From Bacilli bacterium (GTDB lineage Bacteria > Bacillota_I > Bacilli_A > RF39 > UBA660), in NCBI GenBank assembly GCA_050948865.1, contig JBMNEQ010000002.1, forward strand, positions 131,943 to 195,942: a stretch of 64,000 nt of DNA, written 5' to 3'. The position numbers and the translations under genes are program-made. Below, piece after piece: positions 47,531 through 57,484 of the stretch. How positions within the stretch are numbered: the first letter of the stretch is position 1; each line of letters starts with the position of its first letter. The notes below the pieces were generated by a model, which was not told where the DNA came from, made no database searches, and worked only from the letters and a program-made list of their open reading frames with translations.

Positions 47531-47710
47531 CCTAAAATAATAAAGTTTTCTCGGCATAAATACAAAAAAATTCCTTAAAAGGAATCCAAAAAATTATTTC
47601 AACAACTAAGTTCCCATATGGTAGTTGGGCGGGAACTTACCTTTTTATTTAACAAAGGAAAAAAATAATATTGACCATCTTTAGATAATGAGGTAAAATA
47701 AAGATGTATT

Positions 47711-47803
47711 GGAGCAGTACTCAAGTAGGCTGAAGAGGCGCCCCTGCTAAGGGCGTAGATCGGGAAAACCGGTGCGAGGGTTCGAATCTCTCCTGCTCCG
47801 CCA
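47711..47803 (+). tRNA. tRNA-Ser (anticodon GCT)
   Basis: Long variable arm and anticodon loop CTGCTAA. The IS copy A end lies about 70 nt upstream. Confidence 0.85.
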
Positions 47804-47869
47804 AATTTATTTATTAAAAATATTTAAAAAGGCTTGCTTTTTTTTAAGTTTTATTTTAAAATATTAAAT

Positions 47870-48029
47870 ACAAACCCAAGAAGAATAGTTATGTTTTATC
47901 ATTGGAAATTAATTTCTAATGTTTTGTAGAAATATCTACATGTAGCTTTGACTACTTAAAATAAGTGTGATTTATTCACGATACAGTTTTAACTGTTTTA
48001 ACAAACTATTCTCTGGGTTTGTTTTTTTT
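47870..48029 (+). repeat. roughly 20-bp inverted repeat pair flanking about 115 bp and ending in a T-run (MITE-like, or long-stem terminator/structured RNA)
   Basis: acaaacccaagaagaatagtt at 47870..47890 versus aactattctctgggtttgt at 48004..48022, with a TTTTTTTT tail. Confidence 0.4.
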
Positions 48030-48067
48030 ATAATGGGCATATGCTATAATTAAATGTGGTGAAAGAT

Positions 48068-49768
48068 ATGGGAAAGATAAAAATATTAAATGAAATTTTA
48101 ACGAATAAAATTGCTGCTGGAGAAGTAGTAGAGCGTTTGGTTTCGGTAGTTAAAGAATTAGTAGAAAATAGTATTGATGCTAAAAGTACTAATATTAAAA
48201 TTGATTTATTAAATAGTGGTATTAAAGAAATAAAAGTAACGGATAATGGTAGTGGGATGAGTAAAGAAGATGCTTTATTATCTTTTTCTTCTCATGCAAC
48301 TAGCAAAATTAAAAATGAACAAGATTTAAATTTTATTGCTTCCTTGGGATTTAGAGGAGAAGCTTTAGCTTCTATAGCTTCAGTAAGTGAAGTAATATTA
48401 AAAACAAGTATGGGAAAGAAAGGAACAGTTATTAATGTTAAAGGTGGTAAAATACTTAAAGAATCAGTAGCTCCCGCTAGAAAGGGAACTATTATCATTG
48501 TTAAAAACCTCTTTTATAATACTCCCGCTCGTTTAAAACATTTGAGTAGTTTATATCATGAACAAGCTTTAATAGTCGACTATATAAATAAAATAGCATT
48601 ATCTTATCCAAATATTTCTTTTTCTTTAACTAACGATAAGAAGAGTTTATTTTTAACTGATGGATTAGGTAAGCAATTAAAAGTTATTAAAGAGATTTAT
48701 GGAATAGAAGTAGTTAAAAAGATGTTAAAGATTGAAGGAAGTAATGATGATTATGAAATATCTGGTTTTATTTCTTATCCAGAAGTAACTAAATCTAATC
48801 GTAATTCTCTTATTACTTTGGTTAATGGCCGTGTTGTTCGTAATTTTGAATTAAATAAAGCTCTTAATGAAGCTTATCATACTTATAAACCAGAAGATCG
48901 TTTTCCAATAGTTATTTTAAATATAAAAACAGATCCTTCTTTAATAGATGTAAATATTCATCCCACTAAATTAGATATAAAGTTTAGTAAATTTAATGAT
49001 TTAAAAGAATTAATTTATCAAGAGATTCAATCAAAATTAAAAAGTATTTCTTTAATACCAGAAATTAAAGAAAAAGAAGAAAACTATAGTTATGAAGAAA
49101 TTACTTTAGAGATCGAAAGAAAAGTTGCAGAACCAGTTATTGATTATTCTATTTTTGAAGAATTAAAAGAAGAAGAAGAAAGTAATAAAATTCCTGAACT
49201 TTATCCGATTGGAGCTATTCAAGGAACCTATCTTGTTTGTCAAAATGAAAAAGGGATGTATTTAATTGATCAACATGCCGCTAATGAGAGGATTAATTAT
49301 GAGTATTACTTAAAAAAGTTAGGTCAACCAACTTTAGAATATACTTCTTTATTAGTCCCAATTACGATTGAATTATCTAATAATGAATATTTGATTTTAA
49401 AAGAGAATATGGAAGTTTTAATTAATATGGGTTTTGAGGTTGATGAAATTGGGATTAATACTATTTTAATAAGAAGTCATCCTTTATGGTTACCTAAAAA
49501 TTATGAGGAAGAAGCTATTAGAAAGATTATTGATGTTTTAATAATTAAAGAAAAGGATTTTAGGATAGAGAAATTTAATGAATCTATTGCTATTATGATT
49601 AGTTGTAAAATGTCAATAAAAGCTAATGAAAATATTAGTATTAGGGAAATGGAAACCTTAATTGATAATTTACGTTCTTGTTTAAATCCTTGGACTTGTC
49701 CTCATGGTCGCCCTGTAATTGTTTTTTATTCTAACTATGAATTAGAAAGAATGTTTAAAAGATCTTAA
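48068..49768 (+). CDS. mutL: DNA mismatch repair protein MutL
   Basis: GHKL ATPase N-terminus (ILTNKIAAGEVVERLVSVVKELVENSIDA...VTDNGSGM) and a C-terminal dimerisation domain. An extended -10 tgctataat lies upstream. Confidence 0.9.
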   Translation: MGKIKILNEILTNKIAAGEVVERLVSVVKELVENSIDAKSTNIKIDLLNSGIKEIKVTDNGSGMSKEDALLSFSSHATSKIKNEQDLNFIASLGFRGEALASIASVSEVILKTSMGKKGTVINVKGGKILKESVAPARKGTIIIVKNLFYNTPARLKHLSSLYHEQALIVDYINKIALSYPNISFSLTNDKKSLFLTDGLGKQLKVIKEIYGIEVVKKMLKIEGSNDDYEISGFISYPEVTKSNRNSLITLVNGRVVRNFELNKALNEAYHTYKPEDRFPIVILNIKTDPSLIDVNIHPTKLDIKFSKFNDLKELIYQEIQSKLKSISLIPEIKEKEENYSYEEITLEIERKVAEPVIDYSIFEELKEEEESNKIPELYPIGAIQGTYLVCQNEKGMYLIDQHAANERINYEYYLKKLGQPTLEYTSLLVPITIELSNNEYLILKENMEVLINMGFEVDEIGINTILIRSHPLWLPKNYEEEAIRKIIDVLIIKEKDFRIEKFNESIAIMISCKMSIKANENISIREMETLIDNLRSCLNPWTCPHGRPVIVFYSNYELERMFKRS

Positions 49769-49832
49769 AAATTTGACAATAAAAAATTTTTAGGTATAAT
49801 AATAATACTTTTATTGGAAGGGGAATGGTTAT

Positions 49833-50081
49833 ATGAGTTATACAGATGATGTTATGTCTTCATTATCAATTAATATTCGTAATTTAAATAATAATATGAG
49901 AATTATAAAAAAGTTTAGTGAAGATATGACGGTTATTAATGAAATGAACGAATTATTAAAAAGGGATATTGAATTAAGAGAAAGGGAACTTTTAATTCGA
50001 GAAAGGGAATTATCACTTCGTGAAGAAGAATTAAAAGTTAAAGAACAAGCACCTTTTGTTAAAGTAAAAACAAAATATTAA
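49833..50081 (+). CDS. small coiled-coil hypothetical protein
   Basis: RERELLIRERELSLREEELKVKE. Confidence 0.35.
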   Translation: MSYTDDVMSSLSINIRNLNNNMRIIKKFSEDMTVINEMNELLKRDIELRERELLIRERELSLREEELKVKEQAPFVKVKTKY

Positions 50082-50126
50082 GAGGGTTTATATTAAATAA
50101 ACCTTTTCTTTTTAAGGGGTGAAAAG

Positions 50127-50876
50127 ATGTCAAAAATAATTGTAATTGTAGGACCAACAGGGGTAGGGAAAACGAAATTATCTATATCTTTAGCTAAACT
50201 ATTAGATGGAGAAATTATAAATGGTGATAGTGTTCAAATTTATAAAAAATTAAATATTGGAACTGCTAAAATAAAAGAAGAAGAACAAGAAAATATTCCT
50301 CATCATTTAATTGATTATCTTGAATTAGAAGAAGATTTTACTGTTTATGATTATCAAAAATTAGGAAGAAGAATAATTAAAGATATTATTGCTAGAAAAA
50401 AGGTTCCTATTATAGTTGGAGGAACAGGTTTATATATTAAGGCTTTATTATATGATTATCAATTTAAAAAAGATAATAAAAGAGGCAATCATCTTTTATA
50501 CGATGTTCTTTTTATTGGACTTACCCTAGAAAGAGAAAAATTATATCAAATAATTAATAAACGAGTAGAGAAGATGATTCAAGAAGGATTAATAAAAGAA
50601 GGAGAAGAATTATATCAAACTAATAAAAAAAGCAAGATGTTAAATACTGTTATTGGTTATAAAGAATTATTTAAATATTTTAATAAAGAAATAGAGTTAG
50701 AAGAAGCGATTAATTTAATTAAAAAGAATTCTCGCCATTATGCTAAAAGGCAATATACTTGGTTTAATAATCAGATGGAGGTTCAATGGTTTAAGGTTAA
50801 TTTAGATGATTTTTCTAAAACTATTGAAGAAGTAATCACTTATATTAACAATTCACTTGACAGTTTTGGTTGTTAA
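50127..50876 (+). CDS. miaA: tRNA dimethylallyltransferase MiaA
   Basis: IVIVGPTGVGKTKLSISLAK...GDSVQIYKKLNIGTAK. Confidence 0.9.
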   Translation: MSKIIVIVGPTGVGKTKLSISLAKLLDGEIINGDSVQIYKKLNIGTAKIKEEEQENIPHHLIDYLELEEDFTVYDYQKLGRRIIKDIIARKKVPIIVGGTGLYIKALLYDYQFKKDNKRGNHLLYDVLFIGLTLEREKLYQIINKRVEKMIQEGLIKEGEELYQTNKKSKMLNTVIGYKELFKYFNKEIELEEAINLIKKNSRHYAKRQYTWFNNQMEVQWFKVNLDDFSKTIEEVITYINNSLDSFGC

Positions 50877-50916
50877 ACTAACTTATTTTTTGTATAATTA
50901 TTATAAGGAGGCTTTC

Positions 50917-51450
50917 ATGAAAAAAGTAATAAGTTTAATAGTTATTTTTTTATTAATAATGATTAGTGGTTGTGAAAAAGTAGATAAAGGTAATTATCAA
51001 CCAGGAACTTATTTTAGTTTTGATGAGGAAACAAAGTATTCAGTAGTAATGTATGTTGATAAGGAAGGAAGTATTAAAAGTTTGTTTTTTGATGCTATTC
51101 ATTTAATTGATTGTGATGATCCTGATATAATTGATGATAGCTGTAAGATTATAACAAAACAAGCCCTAGGAAATGATTATGGAATGAAGATTGCTAGTCC
51201 TATTAATAAAGAATGGTATGAACAAGTGGAATCTTTTTCTAATAAAGTTATTTTGGAGCAAGATATGGAATGGTTAGAATTTAAATATCGAATAAGAAAT
51301 GCTGATGGTCAATATGAATTTACTAAAGAACAACCAGAAGGACAAACTAAAAAAGATAAAGCTTATACTGATTCAGTAGCAGGAGTTACTATTTACGTTG
51401 ATAATTTATCGAAGTTAGTTAATGATGTTTTAAATCAAGCTAAAAAATAG
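50917..51450 (+). CDS. putative lipoprotein
   Basis: MKKVISLIVIFLLIMISGC lipobox. The ORF-track start at 50857 overlaps miaA. Confidence 0.5.
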   Translation: MKKVISLIVIFLLIMISGCEKVDKGNYQPGTYFSFDEETKYSVVMYVDKEGSIKSLFFDAIHLIDCDDPDIIDDSCKIITKQALGNDYGMKIASPINKEWYEQVESFSNKVILEQDMEWLEFKYRIRNADGQYEFTKEQPEGQTKKDKAYTDSVAGVTIYVDNLSKLVNDVLNQAKK

Positions 51451-51525
51451 GGATTTAAAAGAAATTATCTAAGGGGATAGTTTCTTTTTTTTTGGATTTT
51501 TGTTATAATCTTGGCAGGTGATTAC

Positions 51526-51981
51526 ATGAAAAGGAAAGTTTTCATTTTAAGTTTATTTATTGTTTTAATAGATCAATTATCTAAATTATTAATTATTAAA
51601 TCTTTAGTTTTAAATGAAGGAAGGATGTATCTTAAAAATTTCTTTTATTTTACTTATGTTCAAAATACAGGAGCAGCTTGGAGTATTCTTCAAGGTGGAC
51701 GTTGGTTTTTTATTTTTTTATCTTTATTTATGTTATTCGTGATAATAAAATATTTTTTACTTGATATTAATGTTAAGAAAATTGAACTAATTGGTTATAG
51801 TTTAATAATAGGAGGAATAATAGGTAACCTAATTGATCGTTTATTTAGGGGATTTGTAATTGATTTTATTGATCTTCGCTTTTTTAATTATCAGTATCCT
51901 ATTTTTAATTTAGCTGATTCTGCTATGGTAATTGGAGTTTTTCTTATAATATATCATTTAATTACAGGCGTTAAAAGATGA
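51526..51981 (+). CDS. lspA: lipoprotein signal peptidase II
   Basis: NTGAAWSIL and FNLADSAMVIGV motifs. Confidence 0.85.
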   Translation: MKRKVFILSLFIVLIDQLSKLLIIKSLVLNEGRMYLKNFFYFTYVQNTGAAWSILQGGRWFFIFLSLFMLFVIIKYFLLDINVKKIELIGYSLIIGGIIGNLIDRLFRGFVIDFIDLRFFNYQYPIFNLADSAMVIGVFLIIYHLITGVKR

Positions 51982-52886
51982 GAGAATTAATTGTTTTAGA
52001 AGATTGTAATCTTCGTTTAGATAAATATTTAATGGATAAAGTAAAATATAGTAGGAATAAGATTCAAAGATTAATCAAAGATCAAAAAGTTTTAGTTAAT
52101 GATTTAATTGTTAAAAGTAATTATGTGGTTAAAAAGAATGATTGTATTTTAATGTTTGATGAGGAAATAAAAAAGGAAATAAAGCCTGAGAAGATTAAAT
52201 TAAATATTATTTATGAAGATGATGATTTATTAGTGATTAATAAACCTAGTGGAATGGTTGTTCATCCAGCTCCAGGAATTTATGCAAAGACTTTAGTTAA
52301 TGCTTTATTAGATCATTGTTCTAATCTTAGTATGATCAATGGAGAGGTTCGTCCAGGAATCGTTCATCGTCTTGATAAAGAGACTAGTGGTTTATTAATT
52401 GTTGCTAAAAATAATAAGACTCATTTAGCTTTAATTAATCAATTTAAATCTAATAAAGTAAAAAGACATTATTTAGCTTTAGTTCATGGTATTATAGAGC
52501 ATGAAAAAGGAACAATTGAAGCTCCAATTAAAAGAGATAATATTGATCGAAGGAAGATGATGGTTTCTAGTCTTCAGGCTAAAGAGGCGATTACTCACTT
52601 TAAAGTTTTAGAGCGTTTTAAAAATAAAACTTTAATAGAGTGTCAATTAGTAACTGGAAGAACTCATCAAATTAGAGTTCATCTAAAATATATTAATCAT
52701 CCTTTAGTTAATGATCCTCTTTATGGAAAAGAAAATGTTTGTTTAGGTTTTGGGCAAATGCTGCATGCTAAATTATTAGGATTTTATCATCCAAAAACTA
52801 ATAAATATTTAGAGTTTGTTGTAGAACCACCAGCAATCTTTCAAGAAATAGTTGATAAATATCAGAAGGAGGTTAATTATGAATGA
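51978..52886 (+). CDS. rluD: RluA-family 23S rRNA pseudouridine synthase (RluD-like)
   Basis: S4 domain, HRLDKETSGLLIVAKN catalytic motif, and the lspA-rluD pairing. Confidence 0.85.
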   Translation: MRELIVLEDCNLRLDKYLMDKVKYSRNKIQRLIKDQKVLVNDLIVKSNYVVKKNDCILMFDEEIKKEIKPEKIKLNIIYEDDDLLVINKPSGMVVHPAPGIYAKTLVNALLDHCSNLSMINGEVRPGIVHRLDKETSGLLIVAKNNKTHLALINQFKSNKVKRHYLALVHGIIEHEKGTIEAPIKRDNIDRRKMMVSSLQAKEAITHFKVLERFKNKTLIECQLVTGRTHQIRVHLKYINHPLVNDPLYGKENVCLGFGQMLHAKLLGFYHPKTNKYLEFVVEPPAIFQEIVDKYQKEVNYE

Positions 52887-54033
52887 ACAAATGGTTAATC
52901 CAAGAGATGAATTAGTAATGAAATTATTACATTATTTTATTACTGAAGAAGGATATAATCCAATAATTATTCATGGTAGTAAAAATGAAATATGGTTAGA
53001 AAAGTTTGATGCTCCTTATCGAATAATTAGGATAATGACAGGTCATATTCATAATAAAGAACAATTAGAATTTGATTTATATAAAACTCATACGATTATG
53101 TCTAAAATAAAAAGAAAAACTTTTACTTTTAAATTAAATCTTTTAGCAATTTTTATTGATTTAGAAGAAGATGTTACTCTAAATAAAGTAGGGGAAATAG
53201 ATTGTATTAATATTAATAATGAATATGATCTTTTTAAAGATGAAAAGATCAAAAGGGTTTTTCCGAAGATGCCAAAAAAGGTTAAGTTTGTTGAAGAAGG
53301 GTTGCAATTATTCGCTAAAATAACGAAAGATATTAATGAAAAAAGTAAAAAGGAAGCTTTAAAAGCAGAAAATCTTTTTAAAATAAAAAAACCTTATCTT
53401 ACTTACTTTTTAATGGGAATAAATATTTTAATTTTTTTATTAATGTATATTTATGGTAAAGGTAGTGAAGATTTATATACGCTTTTAAAGTTTGGTGCTC
53501 TTCAAGCAGATTTGGTTAAGCATGGACATTATTTTCGTTTATTATCTTCAGCCTTTATTCATATTGGAATTTTTCATTTGGCTTTTAATATGTATGCTTT
53601 AAATATTTTAGGAACTCAATTAGAAAATCTTTATGGTAAATATAAATTTTTAATGGTTTATCTTTTTAGTGCTTTAACTGGTTCTTTAATGTCGATGGCG
53701 TTTAATCCTACTTCGATATCAGCTGGGGCTAGTGGGGCGATTTTTGGCTTACTAGGTTCTCTTTTATACTTTGGTTATCATTATAGAGTTTATTTAGGAA
53801 ATGCTCTTACTAATAGTATTATTCCTATAATAATTTTAAATTTATTTCTTAGTTTTATGATTCCAGGAATTGATCAATTTGCCCATTTAGGAGGATTAGC
53901 TGGTGGTGTTTTAATGTCGATGGCAGTAGGAATAGATAGTAAAACTAAAAAAATAGATCAAATTAATGGAATTATCTTATCTTTTTTAACATTATTATTT
54001 TTAATCTATATTGCTTTTATTTATGTTCATTAA
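52879..54033 (+). CDS. rhomboid-family intramembrane serine protease with an N-terminal cytoplasmic domain (GluP/YqgP-like)
   Basis: GASGAIFGLLGS (catalytic Ser) and AHLGGLAGG (His) in a 6-TM core. Confidence 0.8.
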   Translation: MNEQMVNPRDELVMKLLHYFITEEGYNPIIIHGSKNEIWLEKFDAPYRIIRIMTGHIHNKEQLEFDLYKTHTIMSKIKRKTFTFKLNLLAIFIDLEEDVTLNKVGEIDCININNEYDLFKDEKIKRVFPKMPKKVKFVEEGLQLFAKITKDINEKSKKEALKAENLFKIKKPYLTYFLMGINILIFLLMYIYGKGSEDLYTLLKFGALQADLVKHGHYFRLLSSAFIHIGIFHLAFNMYALNILGTQLENLYGKYKFLMVYLFSALTGSLMSMAFNPTSISAGASGAIFGLLGSLLYFGYHYRVYLGNALTNSIIPIIILNLFLSFMIPGIDQFAHLGGLAGGVLMSMAVGIDSKTKKIDQINGIILSFLTLLFLIYIAFIYVH

Positions 54034-54053
54034 AAAAACCTCTAGATTTATAT

Positions 54054-55004
54054 TTAGAGGTTTTCTTTTAAAAGAATTTTATCAGTATTTTTAAAGTTTA
54101 GTTTAGCAATTTCTTTTAATATTTCTTTTCCATATTTATTAACAATCTCTTTTCCAATGCTATCTACCTTAGAACCAGCTCCTTTAGGTAAGTTAAGATT
54201 AAACTTTTTATTTAATTTGTCTAATTCTTTTAGAAAAATAAATCGACTAATAATAGAAGCACAAGCGACACTTAAGTTTTTATCTTCGGCGTTAGTTATA
54301 AAGGTAATATTAGATATTTTAGTGGGAATTTCTTTTAAATATTCATAGTATTTTTTTTCATGAACAAATTGATCCATAATAATTTTTTCATAATTTAAAT
54401 TATTATTATTAATTAAAGAAAGAAGAACTTTATTATGTAAGAGGGCTTTTATTTTATTTAAGTTGGTTTTTTTATTATGAGTCTCATTATATTCTTGGTT
54501 ATTTAAAATAATGCTCGAGTGTTTTATTCTTTTTATAAGAAAGGGAGCAATTTCTTTTATATTTTCATCTGTTATCTTTTTAGAATCTTGAACTCCTATT
54601 TCTTCTAAGTAATTAATATCTTTTTTAGAAACATAAGCACTAGTAACAACAATTGGACCAAAATAATCTCCGGTTCCAACTTCATCAGATCCAATTGAGT
54701 TTAAGTAGTAATAATCACTTTTATCCATTATTACTTTCTCTTTTTTCTTTTTTGTTAAATCAATAACTTTTTTTCCTTTATTTAAAAATTCTTCTTTTTC
54801 TTTCCACATTGCAGCATCTATATCAGCACTAAGGCCTTGAAACATTACTTTACCTGATTGATATAAAGTTATAACAGTATCAGCTTCTTCAGCTTGAAAA
54901 ACAGCATAAGGAGGTGTTTTTGAACGTTTTTTATCTTCAAAATATTTAATCATTTCTTTTTGAGTATTAGCACTAATTTTATAAACAATTGTTTTATGTT
55001 TCAT
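54054..55004 (-). CDS. rnhC: ribonuclease HIII
   Basis: Characteristic N-terminal domain plus GSDEVGTGDYFGPIVV catalytic core. Confidence 0.85.
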   Translation of the reverse strand: MKHKTIVYKISANTQKEMIKYFEDKKRSKTPPYAVFQAEEADTVITLYQSGKVMFQGLSADIDAAMWKEKEEFLNKGKKVIDLTKKKKEKVIMDKSDYYYLNSIGSDEVGTGDYFGPIVVTSAYVSKKDINYLEEIGVQDSKKITDENIKEIAPFLIKRIKHSSIILNNQEYNETHNKKTNLNKIKALLHNKVLLSLINNNNLNYEKIIMDQFVHEKKYYEYLKEIPTKISNITFITNAEDKNLSVACASIISRFIFLKELDKLNKKFNLNLPKGAGSKVDSIGKEIVNKYGKEILKEIAKLNFKNTDKILLKENL

Positions 55005-55093
55005 AAAAAATCACCTACTTTTTTTATTGTATCATATAGTTAGATAACATTAAATATTTTTTAAGAACTTTATATTTTATGTTAAATAAAAAG

Positions 55094-56685
55094 GTAAGTT
55101 CCCGTTTATTATTAAAATGGGAATTTAACATTTTATATGATTATTTTAGTATAATAACTATTAAATTTGAATTGAAGTTGCTTTTATAGGAGGTAAAAAA
55201 TGAAAAAGCATCTTACAAAAGATTTAAGAGTTATTATTGAACAACTTTTAAACAATGGAATGAATTTTACTGAAATTAGTGATGCCATAAGATATGACAG
55301 AACTACCATTTCAAAAGAAATTAGAAAACACTTTTATAAAAAATGTCCTTCAAAATTTAACAACTGCACAAACTTGTGTATGAATAGGCATCTTTGCGGT
55401 AGTTTTGATTGCAGTAATAAAAAAGATTGTTATGAAGAGTTTATATGTGAATTTTTAAAAAAACCACCTTATGTATGTAATGCATGTGATAATAAAGCAA
55501 GATGTCGGAATATAAAACGTTATTATGATGGAGTAAAAGCCCATAATTCTTATTTAAAAACATTATCTTCTTCTCGAGAAGGCTTTCACATTAATAAACA
55601 AACCATTAATCTTATTAATAAAACTATTGTTCCTTTAATTAAAGAGAAAAAGCAAAGTATTAATCATATCTTCATAAATAATCCTAAAATTCTTTCTTTT
55701 TCTTTACCAAGTTTTTATTCTTATATTGATAATGGATTATTTGATCTACAAAACATGGATTTACTAAGAAAAGTTAGTTATAAAAAACGAAAGAAAAAGA
55801 AAAATAACAAAATAATTTTAAGCAATCACAGAATAAATAAGACTTATGATGATTATTTAAAATATATTAAAAAGAATCCTAATGCTTCAGTTGTTCAAAT
55901 GGATACTGTTGAAGGAAAGAAAGGAAAAAATGAAAAGGTTTTATTAACTCTGTTATTTTTAAAATCAAACGTCATGTTAATTTTTCTTTTAGATTCCAAC
56001 ACTAATTCAGCAGTTAACAAAGTTTTTGATAATATTAAAAGAGCTATAGGTATTGATAACTTTAAAATACTATTTGAAGTTATTTTAACTGATAATGGCT
56101 CAGAATTTATAAACTCTTCAATAATAGAAACAGACTTTGAAAAGAATAAAATTATTAATATCTTTTATTGCGATCCTTACGCCTCTTGGCAAAAAGGAGC
56201 TTTAGAAAAAAACCATGAGTTTATTAGATATTATTTAAGAAAAGGAATTTCTTTTAATTTTCTAAAACAAGAAGACTGTAATTTAATGTGTAATCACATT
56301 AATAGCACTTCTAGAAAAGAATTAAAAAATAAAACACCAATAGATATGTTTGAATACAAATATTTATTAGAAAAGTTAAATATTAATTTAATAAGCCCAA
56401 ACGAAGTTAATTTATCAAAAAATCTATTTAAAAAGTAATTTAATTTTAATAAATAAAGCAACTTCATATTCAAATTTTTTTAAAAAAATTTGAAATTAAA
56501 CGGGAATTTAACATTAAAATTTTAAAAAACATACCCTTTTAATCTTTTTAGTGTGCTTATATTTTTAAAAAAACTTCCTTTTCTACGTTATTATATTACT
56601 TTTTCTGTTTTTTTTCTATAAAAAAGTATAATTTTGACCTTTAAATCCAATACTTTCAGTTTTTACTAAACAAACGGGAACTTAC
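55094..56685 (+). mobile_element. IS30-family insertion sequence (copy B), about 1.59 kb
   Basis: Terminal inverted repeats GTAAGTTCCCGTTT at 55094 and AAACGGGAACTTAC at 56672..56685. Subterminal direct repeats aaa(t/c)gggaatttaacatt at 55113 and 56496. Confidence 0.65.
55200..56438 (+). CDS. IS30-family transposase (divergent paralog of the 45941..47128 transposase)
   Basis: HTH (FTEISDAIRYDRTTISKEIRKH), Cys-rich linker, and DDE region ILTDNGSEF. Roughly 40-50% identical to copy A. Confidence 0.85.
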   Translation: MKKHLTKDLRVIIEQLLNNGMNFTEISDAIRYDRTTISKEIRKHFYKKCPSKFNNCTNLCMNRHLCGSFDCSNKKDCYEEFICEFLKKPPYVCNACDNKARCRNIKRYYDGVKAHNSYLKTLSSSREGFHINKQTINLINKTIVPLIKEKKQSINHIFINNPKILSFSLPSFYSYIDNGLFDLQNMDLLRKVSYKKRKKKKNNKIILSNHRINKTYDDYLKYIKKNPNASVVQMDTVEGKKGKNEKVLLTLLFLKSNVMLIFLLDSNTNSAVNKVFDNIKRAIGIDNFKILFEVILTDNGSEFINSSIIETDFEKNKIINIFYCDPYASWQKGALEKNHEFIRYYLRKGISFNFLKQEDCNLMCNHINSTSRKELKNKTPIDMFEYKYLLEKLNINLISPNEVNLSKNLFKK

Positions 56686-56758
56686 TTTTTAATTCAACCA
56701 CTTTATATTTTAAATAAATTGTAGTATAATATTAATACTTAAGAAGTGAGGTGGAGTT

Positions 56759-57469
56759 ATGTCAATTGTTGATGCAATTATTTTTATTGCTTTAGGTTTT
56801 GGAGCTCTTTTAGGTTTTAAAAGGGGATTTTTTAAACAAACAGTAATTCTTATTGGGGTTGGTTTAATATTTGTTTTAGCTTTTTCTTTTAAAAATGTAG
56901 TTTCAATTTTTTTATATGAACATTTACCTTTTTTTAACTTTGATGGAATTTTTGCTGGTGTTACTTCGATTAATATTTTAGTTTATGAAATGATTGCTTT
57001 TCTTTTAGTAGCGAGTGCTTTAGTAATTATCTTTCGAGTTTTACTTGGCATTTCTGGTTTAATAGAAAAGGTTCTTAATTTCACTATAATTTTAGGAATT
57101 CCTTCTAAAATATTAGGTGCTGTTGTTGGAGTTATTGAGGTTTATATTTATATTTTTGTTTTTATTTATATTTTATCTTTACCTGTTTTAAATCTTAAAT
57201 TGATGGAACAATCTAATTTAAAAGGAGTAATTTTAGAAAGAACTCCAATAATTAGTAAGGTAACTGATCAATCTGTTCAAACTTTTAATGAAATTTATAG
57301 TTTAGAAAAAGAGTTTGTTGGTTCTACTGATAGTAATGAACTTAATTTAAGAGTTCTTGATGTTTTATTAAAAAATAAAATAGTGACTGTTAAAAGTGTG
57401 GAGAAGTTATATTCTAATGGTAAACTTAAAGTTAGTGGAATTAATGAGGTTGTTAATAAATATAAATAA
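56759..57469 (+). CDS. cvpA: CvpA-family membrane protein
   Basis: MSIVDAIIFIALGFGALLGFKRGFFKQ. Confidence 0.75.
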   Translation: MSIVDAIIFIALGFGALLGFKRGFFKQTVILIGVGLIFVLAFSFKNVVSIFLYEHLPFFNFDGIFAGVTSINILVYEMIAFLLVASALVIIFRVLLGISGLIEKVLNFTIILGIPSKILGAVVGVIEVYIYIFVFIYILSLPVLNLKLMEQSNLKGVILERTPIISKVTDQSVQTFNEIYSLEKEFVGSTDSNELNLRVLDVLLKNKIVTVKSVEKLYSNGKLKVSGINEVVNKYK

Positions 57470-57484
57470 GAAAGGAGATAAAAA

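Larger units (their letters stand above)
45805..47641 (-). mobile_element. IS30-family insertion sequence (copy A), about 1.84 kb with a long 5' leader
   Basis: Terminal inverted repeats GGTAAGTTCCCGCCC at 47641 (reverse-complement) and TTAGTTCCCGTAT at 45806. There is also a subterminal copy ctaagttcccatatgg at 47606..47621. Confidence 0.55.

Noticed and set aside
48292-48498. 68-aa minus ORF
   Set aside because: It is inside mutL.
54157-54348. 63-aa plus ORF
   Set aside because: It is antisense within rnhC.
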